Below are positions 16,501 to 23,596 of a stretch of 25,281 bases of DNA, in pieces (positions within the stretch are counted from its first letter, which is position 1; each line of letters starts with the position of its first letter). Location of the stretch: positions 64,001-89,281 of the IMG/VR virus record IMGVR_UViG_3300019458_000004; one strand, given 5' to 3'. A program made the position numbers and the translations under genes. A model generated the notes under the pieces. It was given only the letters and a program-made list of their open reading frames with translations, did no database searches and had not been told where the DNA came from. This DNA comes from a virus. Its lineage: Duplodnaviria > Heunggongvirae > Uroviricota > Caudoviricetes.

Positions 16501-18521
16501 CACCATTTAATTTAGCTTTATTCGATTCAACTTGTAATTTAGCCGCCGCCGATTCAGTTAGCGCATTAAACAATCAAATTTTTTGTTGGACAGATAGTGG
16601 AATTCAAGCCGTTTCAGAAGCAGGTGTCGATACAATGTCGCGAGATATTGACAATATTATTCTAAAACTCGCTTCTTCCGTTTATTCGAATTTTTCAACA
16701 GTAACGTGGGGCGTTGGGTATCACTCCGATCAAACTTATATTGTTTATACCAATTCATCCATAACAGATGATGTTGCAACAATTGGTTATCGTTATAATC
16801 TTGAAACCGGTCGTTGGACTTCTATTGATAAATCAACTACATGTGGAATTGTTAATAGTAAAGATGATAAATTTTATCTAGGTGCCGGTGATCTAAATTA
16901 TATTGAACAAGAACGTAAAAGTTTTGACCGAACTGATTATGCTGATAGAGAATGGGTTAAAACAATTACTTCAAATAGTTTTTTTGATAGTGGAGAACGA
17001 ATTAAATTATCCTCGGTTTCAGATACTAATGTCGGGGATGTTTTAGCACAAGAACAATACGTTACTGTTTATAATTTCAATGCATTATTAGCCCATTTGG
17101 ATTTAGATTCTAGTATTGGTATTGTACCAATTCTTTCAATTTCCACTGGTGCTACCCCGACAATTGTAACTAAAAATAATACTTTTCTTCCTACGGATGT
17201 TGATATTGGTACGGAAACAATTACTATTACATCACACGGATTATTAAATGGTCAAAAGGTTCGTTTTGAATCAACTGGTACACTACCAGGAGGATTAACA
17301 GCTAACGACACGGTATTTGTGATCGGTGCTACAACTAATACTTTCCAAGTTTCTCAAACGTTCGCCGGGGCCGCGATTGATCTAACTTCAACTGGAACTG
17401 GAGCACATACCGTTTTTCGATTTAACAATCTTTCAGTGGGTGATTTTGTTACTTTAACAGCCACAAATTGTGATCCGAATTTAGACGGAACACACGAAGT
17501 TATATCTGTGTTGAATGGTTACACATTTACGATTAATGCTCCAAGTTCAATAACAACGGCTGGGACGGCCGGGTTTGCAAGATATTCTTATTCTTCGAGC
17601 CAAGAAATGATTGGCGGCGATGATATCCGCGCCAAACTTATTGAATTAGTAAATAAGCTAGATACAGACCCCGGTACAGTTTTTGAGAATTACTTTGATA
17701 TTATTGATATTAAATCGGGTTCTATTACATCAAATACGGCAGCAAATCCAACGGTGATTACTTCAACGGCTCATGAATTACAGACTGGCCGTTATATAGC
17801 TATTACAGGTACTAATTCTACGCCTACATTTAATGGCAATTATGCTATTACCTTTTTAAGCGCAAATACGTTTTCTGTGCCTGTTTCTATTCAAATCGCG
17901 GGTTCAGCAGGCTCATGGTCAACTTTAACCAGCGATTATAGGGACTTACAAGCTTGTTTTAATGCGATTACTAATCAATTAAACCTAGATCCGGGGGTAA
18001 TTTTTAATAATTACCAACAAATTACCGAGACTACCATCATAGAATCGCTTATAACCGCTGTAAACACCTTTACAAACGAAGTTTCGCTTACCCCCGGTAT
18101 CAACTTCCTCGTAGGCTCAGCGACTGTTTATAACGCAATAGAATCGATTATACAGTATACGCCACAAACGATGGAAGATCCACTTGGTTGGAAACATATG
18201 ACTAATTTCACCATGATGTTCGAAAATAAAGCATTTACGAACGCTACTGTAGCCTTTGCATCTGACTTACTTCCTGAATTTATTGATGTTCCTTTTGAAG
18301 GAGATGGCAATGGTATTTTCGGACATAATGATTTTGGATCTGGTTTCTTCGGGGGAGGAAGTCACGGAGCACCTTTTAGAACATATTTTCCTCGTCAGGT
18401 TATGCGCTGTAGGTATTTTTTAATTAAATTTACGCATAGAATTGCGCGAGAAAGCTATGCTTTATTCGGTATTACCTCAGATGGCAATATTTCTCAGTCA
18501 AACAGAGCTTATCGAAGGTAA
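13506..18521 (+). CDS. Tail nozzle / tubular protein B-like (T7 gp12 / P22 gp10 position), enlarged to 1671 aa by inserted domains
   Basis: N-terminal PEGA...A.NVVI.RDG.VEQRRG; beta-propeller-like segments (RIYYSK..QPEA.P, ILRI.PLRDSLFVFK, G.YRISG); several copies of a T.ANP.V.T...HGL beta-barrel module. Confidence 0.7.
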   Translation: MPAQVVLKALGIVSSPNQLALPEGAMSTASNVVIKRDGIVEQRRGFKLYGTQTASAIKQLFTYKTRLLRHFGSTLQFDSEVLNANNESIFNSFAGSYSETEAGLRIKSIESNGNFYFTTSSGIKKISAASADEFSTAAGYITNAGGVKAINGSARIDLELGNSTGFLPEDSAVAYRFLWTINDANNNAIPGTPSERVILYNSLLNFLIPDFDHLLGALDDITTTTTTAFIGDGNYITTLKLQSTASSTDIKTQIIALAEKIDEDILYANDAGTAPINLSTSEVASGIATITASAGDFTQYLEVGSKIFLSGYVGAAVGLNGAQTVASVSALTVTFNTTVADFGALANSGAEQIVSYEYRNSIENISYQNTIFNLNTTTINNPATNNQLKILQAAILGFITQLQDEPITVISSSNQTAYITPLDVTTTINVILTINIPEEINSNYFLQIYRSDIAEATGTTILADLTPNDEMQLVYEAFPTTAELSAGIMEVLDEVSDEFAGANLYTNPSTGEGILQANDVPPLAKDINRFKNVLFYANTATRQRLNLNLLGVTNFKAGNVTSVTATNPAVITTDVDHGLADDDLVYVNGTGVAAIDGKVWKVNVTSATTFEIPVMGMVSSVGYWTNSMVAVIDSISTRQYYFIKEMQESRTFTSDTKANTNEGASNANYFTLYTGKNDRSFYVWFKKTGAAVDPLQAGFDEGIMVDISSATIVTADDVAARTRDVLSRYPLYFNISGATNQIIIQNVTAGIATDSIVSTLGGVWAVSTTQQGRGENASLNEVLLSTFVSPAQALDASARSFQNVLNRNSTENTYVYYLSGLADAPGKMLVEGRSLAEGQFYVLANNSLVGDSFDPPITPTHFISGNTAANPSVVTTTAAHGLVSNDSAVIAFSNSTPFINGIQTVTNLSATTFSVAINVTVAGTSGVLINSDEAVFSDNERKINRIYYSKLNQPEAVPLVNYFDVGSQENQILRIFPLRDSLFVFKENEGLYRISGETAPFNLALFDSTCNLAAADSVSALNNQIFCWTDSGIQAVSEAGVDTMSRDIDNIILKLASSVYSNFSTVTWGVGYHSDQTYIVYTNSSITDDVATIGYRYNLETGRWTSIDKSTTCGIVNSKDDKFYLGAGDLNYIEQERKSFDRTDYADREWVKTITSNSFFDSGERIKLSSVSDTNVGDVLAQEQYVTVYNFNALLAHLDLDSSIGIVPILSISTGATPTIVTKNNTFLPTDVDIGTETITITSHGLLNGQKVRFESTGTLPGGLTANDTVFVIGATTNTFQVSQTFAGAAIDLTSTGTGAHTVFRFNNLSVGDFVTLTATNCDPNLDGTHEVISVLNGYTFTINAPSSITTAGTAGFARYSYSSSQEMIGGDDIRAKLIELVNKLDTDPGTVFENYFDIIDIKSGSITSNTAANPTVITSTAHELQTGRYIAITGTNSTPTFNGNYAITFLSANTFSVPVSIQIAGSAGSWSTLTSDYRDLQACFNAITNQLNLDPGVIFNNYQQITETTIIESLITAVNTFTNEVSLTPGINFLVGSATVYNAIESIIQYTPQTMEDPLGWKHMTNFTMMFENKAFTNATVAFASDLLPEFIDVPFEGDGNGIFGHNDFGSGFFGGGSHGAPFRTYFPRQVMRCRYFLIKFTHRIARESYALFGITSDGNISQSNRAYRR

Positions 18522-18527
18522 GAATTT

Positions 18528-18944
18528 ATGCGTTTGCCAAATTATCTTAGATTAAATAAAGTCGATTATCCGGAAGAAACTAAACCGGTTATTGATCGTT
18601 TAGCGGGAAGTTTAAATCCAAGTATTGAATCTTTATATAATCTAGCAAATAATCGTATTTCTTTATCTGATAATATAGCGTGTGTAGTTAAAGATATCAT
18701 AGTCATTGTGGGAAGTGATGGAATTCCTTTGACTTCAATAGGAATTGCTTTAGGAACAACGGTTCAAAAAGTTTTGGGCTCGCAAGTTTTATATGCGCTA
18801 AACCAAACTTCGGATACTGTTTATCCAACGGCGCAACCCTTTATTACGTTTACACAAAATGGGAGTACTTTTGAAGTAGACCATATTGCGGGATTACCGG
18901 CAAATAATCAATTTTTACTTAAAGTAGTAGTTTATGCTACTTAA
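18528..18944 (+). CDS. Hypothetical tail-associated protein (138 aa)
   Basis: Directly follows the nozzle-like gene; helical N-terminal half and beta-rich C-terminal half. Confidence 0.65.
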   Translation: MRLPNYLRLNKVDYPEETKPVIDRLAGSLNPSIESLYNLANNRISLSDNIACVVKDIIVIVGSDGIPLTSIGIALGTTVQKVLGSQVLYALNQTSDTVYPTAQPFITFTQNGSTFEVDHIAGLPANNQFLLKVVVYAT

Positions 18945-18954
18945 CAACTATTAT
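18941..18954 (+). promoter_or_regulatory. Junction motif copy 7, TTAACAACTATTAT
   Basis: Overlaps stop TAA 18942-18944 and precedes the ejection-protein block. Confidence 0.6.
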
Positions 18955-18973
18955 GTATTAGTTTTTATCTTTT

Positions 18974-20116
18974 ATGGCAAATAATATTAAAATTAACAAT
19001 CCTTTAGGCGTTCAACCGCAGCAAAAAAGAGGCAGCGGTTTCGTTAATTTAAACAAGATTTTACAAGCTAATATCGGTAATAGGTTTGGACAAACAGTCG
19101 CGCAAGGAATTAGTCAAGGGGTGGGACGGGTTCAACAAGGGATAGGACAACTTAAAAGTGAGTTTCAACAAGAAGCCGATAAACAGAATTTAGCCTCGGT
19201 TGCTAATAAGCAAGCTGTCTCGGATGCATTGAAAAGTATTTCATCCGGTCAGACTAAGGTTTCTGATGAATTAATTAAACAATTTGGGACTTTCCGGGCT
19301 GGGGAATATGAGGGTCCGCGAGAATTAGATTCAAGTAAATTAACTCAAATTGGTTCCAAAGCAGCAGAAGTTCAAAGATTTGGACGGGATTTAGGAAGCG
19401 GGGGAGATAAAACGCGCGTTCTTCAAGCATTTGCGGGTCAAGGTCCATATTCGGTTGGACAAAGCCGTTTAGATGCTCTTCTGCTTGGACAAGGACCACA
19501 AGCTAGGCAACAATTAGCACAGGCTCGGCAACAAACGCTCGGTTTAACCCAACAACTAGGAAAAGAACAGGATATTGCTCGCCAAATTGGTCGATTACGA
19601 GTCGGCGAAGCACAAAAATTTGCCAAAGATGTTAAGGGACAATTAACAAGTGCTGAAACCGATATTGGAACGAAAGTAGGAGAACAGCAAAAGGAGTTTA
19701 TTAAAGGGCAAAAAAATCTTTTTAATCAATTATATGAAGCCGGGGCTGATTTAAGCCCGGAGCAGCTTTCTTTTATTGGAAAACCAGAAAAAGTTGCTTT
19801 CACTCCTTCGGGCGGAAAGTATAAACGTTTTGATATTGGTACAACTGTTCCTTTGGGAGATATTAGTTCGGGGGTTGTTACGACTCCTGAACAACGGGCT
19901 ATGTTGACGGCGTTGAATCAATTACAAGGGAGGAATTATCTCGCTCCAACTGAACAATACGTCGCTTCTCCTGAACAATCAATTCAATCCGGAATTTATG
20001 GCTCGCAAGGCCAAATACCATTTCAAGAACTTATAAATTTAATTAAACAGACTAGGCAAACTGAAAGAACACAACCAATTAAAACCCCGCCTAGACCAGG
20101 AGCACGATTTTTATAA
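18974..20116 (+). CDS. Candidate internal virion / ejection protein (Gln/Gly-rich, helical)
   Basis: 380 aa, Q/G/A/K-rich, no Cys; position after the tail genes. Confidence 0.5.
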   Translation: MANNIKINNPLGVQPQQKRGSGFVNLNKILQANIGNRFGQTVAQGISQGVGRVQQGIGQLKSEFQQEADKQNLASVANKQAVSDALKSISSGQTKVSDELIKQFGTFRAGEYEGPRELDSSKLTQIGSKAAEVQRFGRDLGSGGDKTRVLQAFAGQGPYSVGQSRLDALLLGQGPQARQQLAQARQQTLGLTQQLGKEQDIARQIGRLRVGEAQKFAKDVKGQLTSAETDIGTKVGEQQKEFIKGQKNLFNQLYEAGADLSPEQLSFIGKPEKVAFTPSGGKYKRFDIGTTVPLGDISSGVVTTPEQRAMLTALNQLQGRNYLAPTEQYVASPEQSIQSGIYGSQGQIPFQELINLIKQTRQTERTQPIKTPPRPGARFL

Positions 20117-20144
20117 TACTAATTATAAAACATAAAGTAACTAG

Positions 20145-20546
20145 ATGTTTAATGTTAGAAAATTTAAACAAACTGATTTTGAAATGCTTCACAATTGGTG
20201 GAAAATACAAGATGAATTTCCTCCAACGCGAGAAATGCTTCCGGAAGAAAGCACTTTTATTTGTGAATTTAATGAGATTCCAATGGTTTCCATTACAGTT
20301 TATTTAACCAATTCTAAAGAGTTTTGTATGTTGGATAATTTTATTGGCAATCCGGATGTTCCAAAGGATTTAAGGAAAGAAGCATCTAGTTTAATTATTG
20401 CGTATTCTGAACAATTTGCTAAAGATTTAGGTTATAAATCTATATTGTGTATGTCTTTAAAAGAAAAGCTTTCAAATTATTATCAAAGCTTTGGATATAT
20501 AAAACGTTTAACTAACGTTTCAACTTTTAATAAGGAGTTACTCTAA
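20145..20546 (+). CDS. GNAT-fold acetyltransferase-like protein
   Basis: Pattern VRKF...DF.ML..WW ... C.LDNFI.NP....R..A...II......AK.LGYK.I; position equivalent to T7 gp13 / P22 gp14. Confidence 0.7.
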   Translation: MFNVRKFKQTDFEMLHNWWKIQDEFPPTREMLPEESTFICEFNEIPMVSITVYLTNSKEFCMLDNFIGNPDVPKDLRKEASSLIIAYSEQFAKDLGYKSILCMSLKEKLSNYYQSFGYIKRLTNVSTFNKELL

Positions 20547-20995
20547 TGTCTCGAAAGCCGTGTAAAATCGAGGCATGTCCTTCAAAAAGTGCTAATGGTG
20601 GAATGTGTTGGCGACATTATAATATTGATTATAAAAATCGTTACAGTGTATCTAGAAAACGTAAATATAAACGAAGTGAAAAAGGTAAATTACATCAAAA
20701 AATATATCACGATAAGGCTCGTTTAGAAGCTTTATTGCATTATAGTCAAAACGAATTAAAGTTTAATTGTTGCGGTGAAACTACGTATGAGTTTTTAACC
20801 TTAGAGCATATTTTTAATAATGGTGCTCAACATCGAAGAGAAATTAATAACAGGAATTTATATATTTGGTGTCGCAAAAATCAATTTCCTGTGGGATTTC
20901 AAGTTTTGTGTATGAATTGTAATTTTGCTAAAGAAAAATATAGAGGTTGTCCCCATATGAAATCAAAGAATGTATTAAGAAAGGCGGGTATTTAG
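20546..20995 (+). CDS. HNH (His-Me finger) endonuclease, apparently intact
   Basis: N-terminal C....C.......MC..HY zinc motif; CCGE...FLTLEHI..NG..HR...FQVLC.NCN.AK...GCPH; AT-rich; TAATG overlap. Confidence 0.8.
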   Translation: MSRKPCKIEACPSKSANGGMCWRHYNIDYKNRYSVSRKRKYKRSEKGKLHQKIYHDKARLEALLHYSQNELKFNCCGETTYEFLTLEHIFNNGAQHRREINNRNLYIWCRKNQFPVGFQVLCMNCNFAKEKYRGCPHMKSKNVLRKAGI

Positions 20996-22195
20996 GTGCC
21001 TCCTGTCGTGATAGCCTCTGTTGCAGCGGGTACAACTTTAGCTGGCGGAGTTGTCGGCGCCATTGAGCGTTCAAATGCTAGTGATGACGCTAAAGACTTA
21101 ATGAAACAACGACTTGCCGAGTTCGAAAGAGCCGGTACGCCGCCGAATACTGCGTTACCTTTAGTTTTACAAGAATTTAAACAACAAGGTATCCTTTCCC
21201 CAGAATTAGAAAAACAAATTAATATTGAAGCATCTAAAGTTGCTCAAATTCAAGAAGATCCGAAACTTCGCGATGCCGCAATGCAAGGTCTTCAATTACT
21301 ACAACAAAGCAGTGAGCGTGGATTTGGAGCCGAAGAAGAGGCAGCCTTTGCACAAGCTCGTCGAGAAGCTGGTAAAGAAGCTCAAGGTAGATTGCAATCC
21401 ATTTTACAACAAGCACAAGCTAGGGGAATGGGTAGAAGTGGTGCGGAGTTAGCCGCTCAATTATCGGCGTCCCAAGCCGGCGATGAAGCGTTGGCCAACC
21501 AAGGATTAGATATTGCTGCTGAAAGAGCTAGAGCCCAACGAGATGCGATTAATCGCATGTTTGGAGCGGCTACTGAATTACGTGAACAAGATTTTGGTGT
21601 TGCTAGAACAAAAGCCGAAGCTAAAGATCTGCTTAATCGTTTTAGAGTTGGAATGGAAGCCGACCAACAAGCTAGAAATGTTGCTGCGTTACGCCGTGCT
21701 GAGGAACTAAATTTAGCCGAAAAACAACGTATTGCTGATGTTAATATCGCAATGGCTAATCAAGAACAAGCGCGACAAAATGAAGCCAGGCTTAGGGATT
21801 GGCAATCGAAAATGGACTTAGCAAGAGCCAAAGGTGGAGTTTATGGCGATCAAGCAGAGCAACGTTTACTGGAAGGAATTTCAGCGGCCGAAGGTTGGGC
21901 ACAAGTTGGACAAGGTGTTGGTAGTGCGATAACAGGGCTTGGGGAATATGGAATTAATAAACCGAAAGAAATTGAAACAACATCACAAGTTGGTGATATA
22001 ACTCCAATGGGGCCAGAAAGTATAAGAGATGCTGAAGTTCTTGCCGAAGATTCTTTAGGACGCACTATGAATAGAGATATTACAACGATGGGACCAGAAA
22101 GTCGCCAAAATATCCAAACTTTACCGGTTGATTATTTAGGTCGCAAGAAAAAACCACGTGGAGGTTTTCCGAGCGGCGGCCCAACTTACGTTTAA
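20996..22195 (+). CDS. Ejection / DNA-transfer (pilot-like) protein
   Basis: GTG start; hydrophobic Gly/Ala N-terminus (VVIASVAAGTTLAGGVVGAI), long A/Q/E/R coiled-coil, second Gly-rich hydrophobic segment near the C-terminus. Confidence 0.65.
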   Translation: MPPVVIASVAAGTTLAGGVVGAIERSNASDDAKDLMKQRLAEFERAGTPPNTALPLVLQEFKQQGILSPELEKQINIEASKVAQIQEDPKLRDAAMQGLQLLQQSSERGFGAEEEAAFAQARREAGKEAQGRLQSILQQAQARGMGRSGAELAAQLSASQAGDEALANQGLDIAAERARAQRDAINRMFGAATELREQDFGVARTKAEAKDLLNRFRVGMEADQQARNVAALRRAEELNLAEKQRIADVNIAMANQEQARQNEARLRDWQSKMDLARAKGGVYGDQAEQRLLEGISAAEGWAQVGQGVGSAITGLGEYGINKPKEIETTSQVGDITPMGPESIRDAEVLAEDSLGRTMNRDITTMGPESRQNIQTLPVDYLGRKKKPRGGFPSGGPTYV

Positions 22196-22204
22196 GGACT
22201 ACTA

Positions 22205-23596
22205 ATGGCAGTTTTTGATGATTTAGGACAATTGGTTCTCTCAAGAGAACAACTTGATGAACTTCGTAAGCGAGGTTTTAAGGTGCCGGTAGAAGATCGT
22301 TTATCAAAAGCCGAAAGAGAAGCCCCTCTTTCGAAACCGATTCCTACACCTTCTTCTTATGTGCCAGATATAGCAAATATATCTCCACAAGAAATAGAAG
22401 AAGGGTCGGATTTTTTACAAAAAGCTGGAGTTCTTCCTGCAGCCCCTAAATCTAGAGGACTTTTTGATATTTTAAGCTCAACAGTGCGGGATATTCCGTT
22501 AGAAGCCAAAACTAATGCGATCCCTAATCGTCAACCCGGTTCAGAAGTAAAACCTAAAATGGATTCTTCTTCAGAAGTAGTTCCGGAGGAAGAGATTGAC
22601 CAATCTGCACCATCTCCGCTATCTATTTTAGATTTTGGAGCTAATAATCTTGCCAATCAACAAGCATTGCGAGATGCGCAACAAAAACAGGCGGATTTAC
22701 AATTTCTAGCTAATATGAATCGAGCGGCAGCACAAACCGCTCAGGGAATCGCGCGCACCGATAAATTGGATACGTCTGTGGCTGACGCTGTTGAACGTCA
22801 AGGAAAACAAGCAGTTGAAAATTACCAACAACAAGTTGAATTTCAAAAACAAGATCCAAATAGTTCTTATTCAAAAGGTCTTAAAGATTATTTTAAGAAT
22901 AAGCTTAAGATGGAAATTAAAGGTGATGCGTCAGCGGCTGAATTAGAAAAGATTATGCCGTTTGCTGTGCGAGAATATGAAGCAGGACTTGAACAAGAAC
23001 GATTAAAACAACAAAAAGCTGACGATTTGGCGTTTAAAAAAGAAGAAAAAGAAGCAGTTCGTAAAGAAAAAGCAGAAAAAGCTGCTCAACCTAGCGATAA
23101 ACAAGTAGAAAATATTCAAGAAATGGATATTACTTTAGATACAGCCAATGATATTTTAAATCAATTTAAAGAAACGAAGGATGCGATTGGCCCCATTCAA
23201 GGTAGAATACCCGATCTTTTAACAGGAGCCGAAAAACTAGCCTATCAAGCTAAAGTTGGACGATTAACTGATCAATATAGACGTGTTGTTACTGGTGCGG
23301 CGGCAGGAGATAAGGAACTTCGACGTATTGAATCCCGGTTACCAAAAATTACTGATACAGATGCTCAATTTGAAAAAAAATTGGTCGATTATATTAAACA
23401 AATGGAGCAAGGAAAACAAAGATACCTTAGTAATTTACAAAAAAAAGGTAAAGAAGTAGAGTCTTATGGGCAATCAAAAATCGACTCTCCAGATTTAGGT
23501 ATTGAACGCAAAATTGATATTTTTATGTCAAAAAATCCAGATGTTAAATCACGCGAAGAAGCCCTGAAAATATTAAAGGACGCGGGACATATTTAA
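22205..23596 (+). CDS. Ejection / DNA-transfer protein
   Basis: 463 aa; Pro/Ser-rich N-terminus, coiled-coil middle, C-terminal helical bundle (GP.QGR...TGAA..DKEL..I...LP..TD....F..KL) typical of podoviral ejection proteins. Confidence 0.6.
   Translation: MAVFDDLGQLVLSREQLDELRKRGFKVPVEDRLSKAEREAPLSKPIPTPSSYVPDIANISPQEIEEGSDFLQKAGVLPAAPKSRGLFDILSSTVRDIPLEAKTNAIPNRQPGSEVKPKMDSSSEVVPEEEIDQSAPSPLSILDFGANNLANQQALRDAQQKQADLQFLANMNRAAAQTAQGIARTDKLDTSVADAVERQGKQAVENYQQQVEFQKQDPNSSYSKGLKDYFKNKLKMEIKGDASAAELEKIMPFAVREYEAGLEQERLKQQKADDLAFKKEEKEAVRKEKAEKAAQPSDKQVENIQEMDITLDTANDILNQFKETKDAIGPIQGRIPDLLTGAEKLAYQAKVGRLTDQYRRVVTGAAAGDKELRRIESRLPKITDTDAQFEKKLVDYIKQMEQGKQRYLSNLQKKGKEVESYGQSKIDSPDLGIERKIDIFMSKNPDVKSREEALKILKDAGHI

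Noticed and set aside
77-18998. Partial motif look-alikes (TAACAATT at ~77, TTAACAACA at ~1071, TTAACATTT at ~4174, TTAACAATC at ~17422 and ~18993)
   Set aside because: They mismatch the 9-nt core and are expected by chance in AT-rich DNA; not counted among the seven copies.
9795-20995. Group I introns or inteins hosting the two HNH genes
   Set aside because: Both HNH ORFs fill the space between complete flanking genes with no room for intron core structure, and no intein terminal motifs are present; they are free-standing.
6278-21710. Alternative-frame + strand ORFs (6278, 13783, 15247, 15745, 21225, 21513)
   Set aside because: Nested out of frame in capsid, nozzle or ejection genes; Leu-rich composition typical of frame-shifted AT-rich codons; no SD. 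The 176-aa one at 15247 has no coherent motif.
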